DNA of 64,000 nt from an uncultured Acidobacteriota bacterium (GTDB lineage Bacteria > Acidobacteriota > Thermoanaerobaculia > Multivoradales > UBA5704): contig OY969474.1 of the NCBI GenBank assembly GCA_963700145.1, forward strand, positions 2,560,001-2,624,000, in the 5' to 3' direction. The notes under the pieces are model-generated. The model saw only the letters and a program-made list of their open reading frames with translations, searched no databases and was not told the DNA's origin. Shown one piece after another: positions 1 to 9,306 of the stretch; positions within the stretch are counted from its first letter, which is position 1, and each line of letters starts with the position of its first letter. A program made the translations under genes and the position numbers.

Positions 1-203
1 TCATGAAGGACACCTTCAAGGACGCCGAGAAGGGCGAGGGCGACGGCTCGCCGATGGGCAAGATCCCCAAGGGCGATCTGAAGGACCTCAAGGTGACCGG
101 CGACACCGCCAGCGGCACGATCGACGGCGAGGCCGTCCACTTCGTCAAGGTGGACGGCCGCTGGTACCTGAAGATGATGGACGAGGAGAAGAAGACGGAG
201 TAA
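1..203 (+). CDS. 3' end of a hypothetical protein (partial)
   Basis: Open frame from the window edge to TAA at 203, host-like codon usage, 5 nt before the next gene. Confidence 0.6.
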   Translation, partial: MKDTFKDAEKGEGDGSPMGKIPKGDLKDLKVTGDTASGTIDGEAVHFVKVDGRWYLKMMDEEKKTE

Positions 204-208
204 CGCCC

Positions 209-1654
209 GTGCCCGCCCTCCGCCGCCACCTCGCCGCGGCGCTCCTGCCCTGCCTCCTCGCCGCGGCCTGCTCGATGAACCCGGCGACGGGCAAGCGCCA
301 GCTCTCCTTCTTCGGCGAGGAGGCGGAGCTGGCGATGGGGGCCGAGGCCGACGAGGAGATCGTCGCGACCGTCGGCCTCTACGACGACCCCGACGTCGCC
401 GCCTACGTCGAGGACCTCGGCCGGCGCCTCGCCGCCACCTCCGAGCGCCCCTACCTGCCGTGGAAGTTCAAGGTGCTCGACGACCCGGCGGTCAACGCCT
501 TCGCCCTGCCCGGCGGCTACGTCTACGTGACGCGCGGCATCCTCACCCACCTCTCCTCCGAGGCCGAGCTGGGCGGCGTCCTCGGCCACGAGATCGGCCA
601 CGTCACCGCCCGCCACGGCGTCAACCAGATGAGCAAGCAGCTCCTCGTCCAGGCCGGCCTGGTGGCGGCGGTCGTCGTCGAGCCCGAGCTCGAGGACTGG
701 GGGCTCGTCGCCTCGGCCGGCATGGGGCTCCTCTTCCTCAAGTACGGCCGCGACGACGAGCGGCAGGCCGACGACCTGGGGCTGCGCTACATGACCCGCG
801 CCGGCCTCGACGGGCGCCTCTTGCCCGAGGTCTTCAGCGTTCTGCAAGGTGTGCAGACGGTCGAGGGGGCCGGGCGCCTCCCGAGCTGGCTCGCCAGCCA
901 CCCCGACCCGGGGGCGCGCCGGCAGCGCATCGAGGAGCAGCTCGCCGCCGCCGGCCCCGCCGCCGACGGCAGCGTCGTCGGCCGCGACGCCTACCTGGCG
1001 CGGCTCGACGGCATGGTCTTCGGCGAGGACCCACGCGACGGCTACTTCGACGGCAGCGAGTTCCTCCACCCCGGGCTCGCCTTCCGCCTGCGCTTCCCGG
1101 CCGGCTGGGCGACCGCCAACCAGGCGCACGTGGTCTCCGCCGTCTCGCCCGCGCAGGACGTGATGATCCAGGTCTTGCTGGCGCCCGAGGGGACGGCGGC
1201 CGCGGCGGCCGATCGCTTCTTCGCCCAGGACTGGATCGAGCGCGGGGACTCCTGGGACGCGCCGGTGCACGGCCTGCCGGCGGCCTGGACGCGCTTCGAG
1301 GTGCCCGGCGACGCCACGACCGCGGACGACGACCTCGCCGGCCGCATCGCCTTCGTCGCCCACCGCGGCCAGCTCTTCCAGCTCTTCGGCCTGGCGCAGA
1401 CCGAGGCCGACGTCGACGAGATGGAAGCGGCCCTCGCGACCTTCGAGCCGCTCGACGACAAAGCGGCGAGCGCCGTCCGGCCCAAGCACCTGGAGCTGCT
1501 GAGGCTCAGCGAGCCGATGACCCTGGCCCGCTTCCAGGAGCTCCACCCCTCGACCGTGCCGCTGCCGGTCCTCGCCCTCATCAACCACGCCCAGCCCGAA
1601 GAGACGCTGGAGGCCGGGCGGCTGGTCAAGCGGGTGGTGGGCGGCGCGCCGTGA
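209..1654 (+). CDS. M48 family zinc metallopeptidase lipoprotein (BepA/YfgC-like)
   Basis: Lipobox-like LAAAC; NAFALPGG, HEIGH (HExxH), ERQAD and SHP motifs. Confidence 0.88.
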   Translation: MPALRRHLAAALLPCLLAAACSMNPATGKRQLSFFGEEAELAMGAEADEEIVATVGLYDDPDVAAYVEDLGRRLAATSERPYLPWKFKVLDDPAVNAFALPGGYVYVTRGILTHLSSEAELGGVLGHEIGHVTARHGVNQMSKQLLVQAGLVAAVVVEPELEDWGLVASAGMGLLFLKYGRDDERQADDLGLRYMTRAGLDGRLLPEVFSVLQGVQTVEGAGRLPSWLASHPDPGARRQRIEEQLAAAGPAADGSVVGRDAYLARLDGMVFGEDPRDGYFDGSEFLHPGLAFRLRFPAGWATANQAHVVSAVSPAQDVMIQVLLAPEGTAAAAADRFFAQDWIERGDSWDAPVHGLPAAWTRFEVPGDATTADDDLAGRIAFVAHRGQLFQLFGLAQTEADVDEMEAALATFEPLDDKAASAVRPKHLELLRLSEPMTLARFQELHPSTVPLPVLALINHAQPEETLEAGRLVKRVVGGAP

Positions 1655-2862
1655 TCGGCCTCTCCGAGGTCGAGGCGGCGCGCGCGGCGCTGCGGGGGAG
1701 CGTCGTCGAGACCCCCTGCCTCCCCTGCCGCGCCCTCGCCGACGACCTCGGCCTCGACGTCTGGCTCAAGTACGAGAACCTCCAGCTCACCGGCTCCTTC
1801 AAGGTACGGGGGGCGCTGCACAAGCTGCGCTCCCTGCCCGCGGACGTCCTCGCCCGCGGCATCGTCGCCGCCTCGGCCGGCAACCACGCGCAGGGGGTGG
1901 CCTACGCCGCCCGCGAGACCGGCGCGCCAGCCACCGTCGTCATGCCGCTGACCGCGCCGCTGGTCAAGATCGCCAACACCGAGCGGCTGGGGGCGCGCGC
2001 CGTCCTCCACGGCGAGACCTTCGACGACGCCTACGCCGAGGCCTGCCGCCTGGCGGCGGCGGAGGGGCTGACCTTCATCCACCCCTTCGAGGACGAGCGG
2101 GTGATCGCCGGCCAGGGGACGATCGGGCTCGAGCTCGTCGAGCAGGTGCCGGAGCTGGGGGCGGTGGTGGTGCCGGTCGGCGGCGGCGGCCTCATCTCGG
2201 GCATCGCCACCGCGGTCAAGGCGCTGCGCCCGGAGGTCAAGGTCTACGGCGTCGCCACCGAGGCGGCGCCCGGCGCGGCCGAGAGCTTCCGCACCGGCAG
2301 CGTCGTCGAGCGCCCGAGCCAGCGGTCGGTCGCCGACGGCATCGCCGTCAAGAAGCTCGGCGAGCTGACCTTCGCGCACATCCGGCGGTCGGTCGACGAT
2401 CTGGTGACGGTCTCCGAGGAGCAGATCCGCAAGACGATCTTCCGCCTCCTCGAAGGGTGCAAGACGCTGGCGGAGGGCGCAGCGGCGGCGGCCGTGGCGG
2501 CGCTCGTCGCGGGGCGGCTGCCGGAGCTGGCGGGGCGGCGGGTGGCGGTCGTCCTCTCGGGTGGCAACATCGACGTCCAGCTCCTCTCGCGGATCATCGA
2601 CCTGTCGCTGGTGCAGAGCCACCGCCTGGTGCGCTTCCGCACCGGCGTCCCCGACCGCCCCGGCTCCCTCGCCGAGCTGCTCAAGGTGATCGCCGCCGGC
2701 GGCGGCAACGTGGTGCGCGTCCAGCACGACCGCGTCTTCAAGCACACCGGCTTCTGGGAAGCGGAGGTCGAGATCACCCTCGAGACCCGCGGCCCGGAGC
2801 ACGTCACCGACCTCCACCGCACCCTCCGCGAGCGCGGCTTCCACGCCGAGGTGCTGCAGTAG
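1651..2862 (+). CDS. ilvA: Threonine ammonia-lyase with C-terminal ACT domain
   Basis: GSFKVRGA PLP lysine, SAGNHAQG, PVGGGGLISG, SGGN, DRPGSL ACT motif; GTG start overlaps the upstream TGA. Confidence 0.92.
   Translation: MIGLSEVEAARAALRGSVVETPCLPCRALADDLGLDVWLKYENLQLTGSFKVRGALHKLRSLPADVLARGIVAASAGNHAQGVAYAARETGAPATVVMPLTAPLVKIANTERLGARAVLHGETFDDAYAEACRLAAAEGLTFIHPFEDERVIAGQGTIGLELVEQVPELGAVVVPVGGGGLISGIATAVKALRPEVKVYGVATEAAPGAAESFRTGSVVERPSQRSVADGIAVKKLGELTFAHIRRSVDDLVTVSEEQIRKTIFRLLEGCKTLAEGAAAAAVAALVAGRLPELAGRRVAVVLSGGNIDVQLLSRIIDLSLVQSHRLVRFRTGVPDRPGSLAELLKVIAAGGGNVVRVQHDRVFKHTGFWEAEVEITLETRGPEHVTDLHRTLRERGFHAEVLQ
2826..2862 (+). repeat. 37-bp direct repeat copy A (ilvA 3' end)
   Basis: Matches 5755-5791 at 34 of 37 nt. 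Confidence 0.85.
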
Positions 2863-2864
2863 CG

Positions 2865-3046
2865 CTGAAACGCCCAGCGGCTGCGAGCTCCGCACCCAGC
2901 AGGTGCACAGGACGGGTAGTTCAACGCCCGGTTCAAAGACGAAGACACCGAGGTTAGCGGAAACGGCGCGGTTGGCGGGCGGCTTGCTCCTAAACCATCC
3001 GTCATGTGGCGTCGTCACGTGCCCGGCCATTTCTTTCCTGCCTACA
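2865..3046 (+). promoter_or_regulatory. Degenerate copy of the sigma54 promoter/short-transcript unit at 10516-10721
   Basis: TGGCGGGCGGCTTGCT (GG-N10-GC) at 2973-2988 and colinear blocks shared with 10516-10721. Confidence 0.6.
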
Positions 3047-3200
3047 GGCAACGGATCCGATCACAGAGAACTCCAGCCTCTGGTCAGAGCCTTGCGCGAG
3101 CACTGCCGAAGGAATTGTCAGTTGGCTGCGATCAAAATCGCAGACTGGCGCAAGAATTGCCCCGATTCGGCCAACGCTGTAACGCCGGTCTATCGTCCGC

Positions 3201-4122
3201 TTAAGACCTCCTATCGGGTAGAGTCTTGGCTATTCCCACCTTGTTCAAGGCAGCGAGTAGTTTCTTATGGCCACCCTTCTCGAACAAGTTTACCCATTGC
3301 AGGTGCATGAGTCTCTCGGGGACCTCGCACTCTTCGAGCCTCGCAGGAATGATGAAGATAGTGCCAGGAGGTCGCAAGTCAGCGGCGTCAAGGGCTAGCT
3401 TTATCTCCTTTTGCACAAATCCAGTCTTGCTGACCGAGTTGCGGCTAAGGCATACGACGACGACATCTGACTTCTGTAACGCTCTCTCTATCTCCTCTTC
3501 CCAATTCTGTCCCGGCAGAAGATCCACTTCATCGAACCAAGGGTTCATGCCGTCCTTCAGCAATCTCTGATATAGATCCCTGATACGAGTTCTATCGGAG
3601 GAGGAGTAACAAAGAAAAATGACTCGCGATCTCTGCTGCCAACGTGAGTAAAGTTCCTCCGACTGGTTAGCATCAACGAGGTTTGCCTCCTCAGCTTGTG
3701 AAAGAAGCGCACGTAACCGGTCCGGGTGAATATGGCGAAGGTCCCTGTCTGAGGCCCGAAGCCAAGCATCCAACGCCGCTTCCGATACATCCATTTGTAG
3801 GTAGTAAGGCAGGTGATGTTCACCAACCTGCATCGCCATGTGGAGAAGAATGTCCTGAATGGTTTCTGTGGGTTCAAGTTCTAAGGCCAGCAGAGCTCCC
3901 TCTGCCGTGACTGCGTAATCAACTCCCAAAACTCCCTCTTCGCGCTTGACAAGTCCATCCGCTTGAAGAGTATCCAATTGGAGTTGAATCTCTTCGAGCG
4001 ACACGCCAAGTAGATAGCTTAGCCCACCAGGACTGACCCCAAAACGATTATGGAAATATGGGCTGACTCGCGTGTGGACGCCCCACAAGTAAAAGTATCC
4101 TATCTCGCAAAGACGTGCTCAT
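3201..4122 (-). CDS. TIR-domain protein (possible N-terminal winged helix); apparent frameshift near the 5' end
   Basis: IFLCYSSSD...PWFDEVDLLPGQNW...VQKEI TIR motifs; RBS-preceded ATG at 4122 is out of frame with the main ORF (3201-4088); low GC. Confidence 0.8.
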
Positions 4123-4214
4123 CTCTCCGCACCTATCGATTGTATCGCCCAGCGTTCAGGCGCCAGCTTGATGGTGGCGGTCCGCTCGCTCGAGAGTCAG
4201 GCGGCGTATTCAAT

Positions 4215-4901
4215 TCAGTACCACATGTGCATTGGCAGTCCGGTTGAGTCGAACGCGGGCTCCGCCGGCAGCCGGTTCGCTGTACTCGCCAGCGCGCGCC
4301 GAGTTGTCCAGAGGTTGGCGAACGCGTCGGCAAGATCGTCGGCACCGAAGCGGTTACCGCGGAGAGTCGCTGCCAGCCTTGTGAACTCATTCGAGCCGTA
4401 GAGTTGAGCAATCAGCTCCTGGCGACACTGCTTGCCCGCTGCGCTCTTCTCGCGGTGAACCATCGGGGTGCCCGCCCAAGCGGCAAAGCACAATTCCGGA
4501 TGAACATCAAGCAACCGATGGCGCAACTCAGGATTGGCCTGCAACACACTGTCGATCTCTCGGATCTTCGGGAGAATCGCGAACGTCTGCCGTGAAACCC
4601 GCCGACCATCAACAGTGGCGGTGATGTTGCAGGCTTCCTCCCAGGAGGTTGCGCGAAGCGCAGGTCGGATGGGAGTGGGAAAAACGCTAGCGCAGCGGGG
4701 CCATCCCAGTTTGACGCGTGCCGCTTGATCAGCTCGCCGTGAGCCACGATCAGGAAGACCGATCGGCACGTCGATGGCGGCAAAGTCGTAGTCAAAAGCA
4801 ACCAGCTCCGCTGTAGTCAGCACATAGGCCGAGAGGTGGAGTCGCTGGTGTCCATGACTACTACGACCCATCCGTCCTTACATCCGTCAGAGTCTGCTCA
4901 C
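4215..4901 (-). pseudogene. DUF429-family predicted nuclease, frameshifted near the 5' end
   Basis: DGCKDGWVV in one frame; AIDVPIGLP, VHPELCF and DDLADA in another. Confidence 0.72.
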
Positions 4902-5557
4902 GATAAACCGAGCGATCCAACCTTGTTTTGGGTGGCGCTTCGAGTCGTCAGGGCCTCGTGATAAACCAACCGTGGGTAGTGGTCCATGAGGTTGATGAAC
5001 TCTCCGCGGTTAGAATCTTCAACAATCCGTCGCATCTTTCGGGCGGTTGGCGTCGAGACGTGGGTTGCGACAGCGTCCCAGTCGAATGACGCGAGCTTCA
5101 CGAGCCAGGACGAGTAACGTTCATGCTTGAGGATTTCGTACAGCAGCTCATAGAAGCTCGTGCCGAACTCATTTCTCTTGCCGTCGCCGCTCGCAAGGAC
5201 CAGTACCGTGGGCGACTTCTGGTGCAGCGCCACCAACCTCCAAATATGACCGATAATTGCGTGGTCGACTCCCCTCTCTCGCCATTGGAGATCGCGAAAG
5301 AGCCGCTGAGTATCGTAGTTGTTCTTCTGGTATTCGGCCCAGACCTTCTCCATCCCTGGCGGTACTCCTCCGGACACGATCTTTGTACTCAGGCCCTTCC
5401 CGCTACCTCCAAGTATGCGGTCAAGATTCCTCACGCTAATTCGAGCGCGATGGTCTGCGATGTTGGAGTCTCGAATTCTAGTAGCCCCTCGCGCACCGCC
5501 CCAGACGTTGCTGTGGTCTACGAATATGTGCACAAACGGCAGGATCTCATGTGCCAT
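4898..5557 (-). CDS. NYN/PIN-like domain protein (predicted RNase)
   Basis: IFVDHSN, RGVD and LVLASGDG acidic motifs; low GC. Confidence 0.68.
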   Translation of the reverse strand: MAHEILPFVHIFVDHSNVWGGARGATRIRDSNIADHRARISVRNLDRILGGSGKGLSTKIVSGGVPPGMEKVWAEYQKNNYDTQRLFRDLQWRERGVDHAIIGHIWRLVALHQKSPTVLVLASGDGKRNEFGTSFYELLYEILKHERYSSWLVKLASFDWDAVATHVSTPTARKMRRIVEDSNRGEFINLMDHYPRLVYHEALTTRSATQNKVGSLGLS

Positions 5558-5754
5558 AGCCCCTAAAGCTCCTCGATGCCCAGTGTAGCAAGGCCGCCGT
5601 TCCGCCGGCGCCCCCGTTTCGGTGCCCGACCTACGGCTGTCGCGGCGATGGCTGCGGGCGGGAATCGGCCTGGGCGTGGAGGTGGGGGAGGTTCGTTATC
5701 CGGGCGACTTGAGGCCCCGGCGAGCGGCTGCGCGCTGCGGACTCGGCGGCGACA

Positions 5755-5791
5755 CCGCGAGCACGGCTTCCACGCCGAGGTACTGCACTAG
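5755..5791 (+). repeat. 37-bp direct repeat copy B (duplicate of ilvA 3' end)
   Basis: ccgcgagcacggcttccacgccgaggtactgcactag versus 2826-2862. Confidence 0.85.
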
Positions 5792-5822
5792 GAGCTAGAG
5801 GGAGGAGCGCCGTCCCGGACCG

Positions 5823-6046
5823 CTACAAGGCGCTCCGGAATTCCTCGACCGTCAGCCCGGCCTCGCGAATGAGCGCACGGAGCGTCCCCTTGGCGACGCT
5901 CCGATGGCTTGGCACGACCAAGCGTCGATGGGGCTCTTCGACATGCCGGAGGACGACATGGCTCCCCCGCTGGTGGTCAACCTTTATCCGAGACGCTCGA
6001 AGGCGCGGATCGCCTCCGCACCTGAGATGCTAGGGAGCCTGCTCAA
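5823..6046 (-). pseudogene. hicA: HicA-family toxin, frameshifted
   Basis: SRLPSISGAEAIRAFERLG, then a 1-nt deletion giving TAA; continues KVDHQRGSHVVLRH...GTLRALIREAGL in the shifted frame. Confidence 0.82.
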
Positions 6047-6253
6047 ACCGACTTCGACGACCTCTTCCTCGATCGGTGGCGGAATCGGCTCACCATGCGC
6101 CTTGAGGCTCTCGAGGTAGGCCTCGATCGCTTCCTGTACGTTGGACAGGGCCTCTCCGCGGGTCATCCCCTGCGAGACGCAGCCTGGGAGAGACGGCACC
6201 TGGGCCACGAAGACCCCGTCTTCGTCGCGCTCGATCAGCACTCGGTATTTCAT
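5984..6253 (-). CDS. hicB: HicB-family antitoxin reading through into the hicA N-terminus
   Basis: MKYRVLIERDEDG...VPSLPGCVSQGMTRGEALSNVQEAI is a typical short HicB; no stop before hicA. Confidence 0.85.
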   Translation of the reverse strand: MKYRVLIERDEDGVFVAQVPSLPGCVSQGMTRGEALSNVQEAIEAYLESLKAHGEPIPPPIEEEVVEVGLSRLPSISGAEAIRAFERLG

Positions 6254-6319
6254 TCCCCACCTGCCCTTCCGGAGACCAGCAGCCAGTTTACCAGGAGCCA
6301 AGAGGCGGCTGGGGCCGCC

Positions 6320-6537
6320 GCCGGACCTGGAGACGTCCTCCCGGGCGCCGGAAACCCGTTTCCAGGTGCTCGGGAAGATCCCGGGCCGCTCCGGGATAGA
6401 TCTCCGGGGCCTGGAGATAGATTTTCCGGGCTCGGAGATCTATCTCCGGGCCTTGGAGATACATCTTCCGGGGTCGGAGATCTATCTCCAGGCCTTGGAG
6501 ATAGATCTCCGGGCCTCCAAGATAGATCTCCTGGCCT
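6320..6537. repeat. 21-bp-period degenerate tandem array, left part
   Basis: Near-palindromic core GGAGAT(A/C)(G/T)ATCTCC about every 21 nt; resumes at 10340. Confidence 0.8.
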
Positions 6538-6692
6538 GGTACTGTCCTATTTAGTTTCCCGCCCGTCTGACCCCTTGATTCCGCGCTAGCTTCTCCCCCG
6601 AAGGGGGAGGCGTTCTCCCCTCAAACCGAAGCGGCCCGACGGAGCGCAGGCACGCCCCGCCGAGCCTGACCACGCACGGAGGACTAGCCCCC

Positions 6693-7106
6693 ATGCACGG
6701 CTCAGACGAGTCTACCGCCCCGCGCCCCGCCGTTCCCCCACCCACCATCGACCCCGCCAAGTGGGAAGACTTCCCGACGTTCCGAGAAACCTTCCTGCGC
6801 TGGTTCACAGAGCCTACGGCGAACGCCGCGCTCCGCAGCTTTGGCGTGCTCCTCCACGACCTGATTCTGGAAGCCAACCGCGTCCAGCCCGACGAGCCGG
6901 AGGGGATCTACCGCCACGACCTGCGCGCAGCGTTGGCGGACCTCCGCGCGATCCAAGGCTTCCTAGCCTTCATCGCTCAGTCGCAAGAGGACTTGGACGA
7001 GGACGACGCCGAGGACGCCGATTCCCTCCGGCTGTGCTACCTGGCAGAGCAGCTAGCGCCGCGCGTCGGGCGGATCGCGGACAGCATCGAAGGGGCGTTG
7101 TCATGA
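6693..7106 (+). CDS. Hypothetical protein (transposon passenger)
   Basis: GGAGG RBS; ATGA overlap with the next gene. Confidence 0.7.
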   Translation: MHGSDESTAPRPAVPPPTIDPAKWEDFPTFRETFLRWFTEPTANAALRSFGVLLHDLILEANRVQPDEPEGIYRHDLRAALADLRAIQGFLAFIAQSQEDLDEDDAEDADSLRLCYLAEQLAPRVGRIADSIEGALS

Positions 7107-7447
7107 GAGCGCGCAAGCTGGAAGGCGGCGAGCTGGCGGTGGCCCTGCACATTCTGCGCATCATCCGCGGCTGGACCCAGGCCGAAGTCGCCACGGCGGC
7201 CGGGACACGGCCCGGCGCCGTCTCCTACTACGAGAGCGGCCTGAAGGCGCCGGAGCTGCCGACGTTGAGGGCCATGCTGGAAGGGATGGGCTACCAGCTC
7301 TCAACGCTCGACGAAGCGCGGGCGTTCATCCGGCAGGTGCAGAGGGGCGATGCTCCCGCATCCGAGACGAATGCCCAGCTCCTCGCGCTGGAAGTCGGCC
7401 GGCTCGCTACGCGCTTCGCTGCCGCGCTCCTGGAGGCGCGGAAGTGA
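7103..7447 (+). CDS. XRE-family helix-turn-helix protein
   Basis: LRIIRGWTQAEVATAAG...VSYYESGLKAP. Confidence 0.85.
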   Translation: MRARKLEGGELAVALHILRIIRGWTQAEVATAAGTRPGAVSYYESGLKAPELPTLRAMLEGMGYQLSTLDEARAFIRQVQRGDAPASETNAQLLALEVGRLATRFAAALLEARK

Positions 7448-7881
7448 ACCGGCTTCGGACCGCGACGTTCACGGTTCACGGCACCACGGCGCAGAGCGCG
7501 CGGTGGAAGCAAGCGGCAGAGGCCGAAGGCTTCGCCAGCGCCGGCCAATGGCTTGCGGCGGCGGCCGATAGCTACCTCAAGGCTAGAGCTCGCGCCGGCG
7601 CTCCGGTGCCGCTGGCGTGGCGCCTGGGGCGCTTTAAGGTGCGGCTAGAGGACGGGGGCGAGGAGCTGGTGAGCGGCCACCTATCGCCCCCGTTCGCCAG
7701 CTTCCGGGGCGGGAGCGATGGGCCAGCGCCGCGCGGCTTCAACGTCCATAGTCTCGTCTACCTGCCAAGCGGGCGCATCCTTGCGACCGTGCGCCGCTAC
7801 CAGGAAGTGAGGGCGCTCGCGTCTGAGCTGGCGCGGCAGTGGCTACGGGAAGAGCAGCCGGCCAGGATCGTGTTACCGTGA
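7444..7881 (+). CDS. Hypothetical protein, possible N-terminal ribbon-helix-helix
   Basis: GTGA overlap with the HTH gene; TFTVHG...ARWKQAAEAEG...GQWL pattern. Confidence 0.55.
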   Translation: MNRLRTATFTVHGTTAQSARWKQAAEAEGFASAGQWLAAAADSYLKARARAGAPVPLAWRLGRFKVRLEDGGEELVSGHLSPPFASFRGGSDGPAPRGFNVHSLVYLPSGRILATVRRYQEVRALASELARQWLREEQPARIVLP

Positions 7882-7886
7882 GCGCC

Positions 7887-8138
7887 ATGCCTAAGCGCCC
7901 ACGCAGACCCCGCGACCCTAACGAGCTGGCGTTTCAGGTCTACCAGGAAGCCATTGGAGAGGCGCCGCCGCAAGCCGACGAGGACGCAGGAAAGAATCCC
8001 GCAGCTGTGGCGCTCGGGAAGCTCGGTGGAGCGAAGGGCGGGAAGGCGCGGGCGGCAAGGCTCACAAAAGAGGAGCGGAGCGAAGCTGCGCGCAAAGCCG
8101 CGCTGGCCCGATGGGCAGCCTCAGCGCGCAAAGATTAG
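7887..8138 (+). CDS. Small basic KGG-like protein
   Basis: MPKRPRRPRDPNELA...KNPAAVALGKLGGAKGGKARAARLT...ARW. Confidence 0.75.
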   Translation: MPKRPRRPRDPNELAFQVYQEAIGEAPPQADEDAGKNPAAVALGKLGGAKGGKARAARLTKEERSEAARKAALARWAASARKD

Positions 8139-9049
8139 GGTGGAATGTGGACTTGGACCTGTTGTTTGACGAACGCGTTTCCTAGGTGGTTCTCGATGAT
8201 CTTGAATGCTGCCGTGTTCGTCAGGCTGTGCATATAGCAGTGATGCACCGTTAGCACGAGATCCTGTAAGTGTTGATCGTCCTCGATCAGCTTGACCTTT
8301 AGACCAATCGCTGCGCACTCGTCAAAGTGAATGTGGCGTTGGTGTGCGCGGTTACGGCTGTAGTCGGTCAGTTTTTTTACGATTCGCGCAGCCTTCTGCG
8401 CGGCGTCCGGCTCGCCGTCAAACATTACTTGCTCTAGCTGCTCCCTCACGAAGTCATTAGACCAGCGAATTGCATTCTGGCAACGGCTGAGGAGGGTTGG
8501 GGGGTATTGCGCGATGATCGGCTGCCACACCGCCAGTGCCGCCGGATCTTTCTTAATCTCTTTCAACGCCCTCTTGAACTCAGCTATGATCCCGAAGGCT
8601 GGACGTCCAGCAAGATGCGGGTCCATTGGCCCCAAGTTGGCGTGGCGAGCCATGAGAATCTCATGGCAGGAACAAGCCAGCATCGTGCCGGCCGACATCG
8701 CAATCTGCGGCACAATGGCCCGGATATCCTTGCCGAACATCTTGCGGAGGTAATGCACCAGCGATTCTGTGGCGGCAATATCGCCGCCTGGCGTGTGGAG
8801 AATGAGGTCTAGGCCGATGGCGCGATCCATTCCGTGCACGGCCATCATAAAGCCGTTCTTATCTTCGTCGTTGATCTCCGCCATTGGTAGCGAGGGCTTC
8901 GAGAGAAAGCCAGAATAGTATGCGATGATGTTCCTGTGGGTGAGCTGGTGGAGCTGGCCTAGATAGTCATGGCGGACACCATCAACAGCAAGCGCCGCCA
9001 AGTTCTGGCGGCGCTTGATCTCGGCTAAGACTTCCTTCCAGTTCGGCAT
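8135..9049 (-). CDS. SDH/S49-like ClpP-fold serine protease
   Basis: LDLILHTPGG, AMSAGT nucleophile motif, LGPMDP; lower GC. Confidence 0.85.
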   Translation of the reverse strand: MPNWKEVLAEIKRRQNLAALAVDGVRHDYLGQLHQLTHRNIIAYYSGFLSKPSLPMAEINDEDKNGFMMAVHGMDRAIGLDLILHTPGGDIAATESLVHYLRKMFGKDIRAIVPQIAMSAGTMLACSCHEILMARHANLGPMDPHLAGRPAFGIIAEFKRALKEIKKDPAALAVWQPIIAQYPPTLLSRCQNAIRWSNDFVREQLEQVMFDGEPDAAQKAARIVKKLTDYSRNRAHQRHIHFDECAAIGLKVKLIEDDQHLQDLVLTVHHCYMHSLTNTAAFKIIENHLGNAFVKQQVQVHIPP

Positions 9050-9064
9050 GCCTGGAAGGCTATC

Positions 9065-9268
9065 TTAACCCACGATAGGATCTTCGAAGGGCGAGTACGT
9101 CGTGATGTAGCGCACCTCAGGATTGGACGTCTGGGTCTGCGGCAATACGACCACAGGTGGAGTGTAGCCCCTCAATAGCTCGAGACGCTCTTGCTCCAGA
9201 TCCTGCGGTTCAGTCCGTTCATGGGTAGGCTGCACTCGCTTGGCGCCCGCCCGGCCTCGAACGCGCAT
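9065..9268 (-). CDS. Small hypothetical protein upstream of the protease
   Basis: AAAGGAGG RBS before ATG; stops 15 nt before the protease start. Confidence 0.5.
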   Translation of the reverse strand: MRVRGRAGAKRVQPTHERTEPQDLEQERLELLRGYTPPVVVLPQTQTSNPEVRYITTYSPFEDPIVG

Positions 9269-9306
9269 AGCGTGAACCTCCTTTCACGGTACAGGTACTC
9301 GTGATG

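Noticed and set aside
460-1650. N-terminal extension of ilvA
   Set aside because: Arg/Pro-rich alternate frame of the M48 gene; the true start is GTG 1651.
6095-6589. ORFs through the 21-bp arrays (also 33159-33782)
   Set aside because: Several frames are open simply because the unit lacks stops; no convincing RBS or frame preference.
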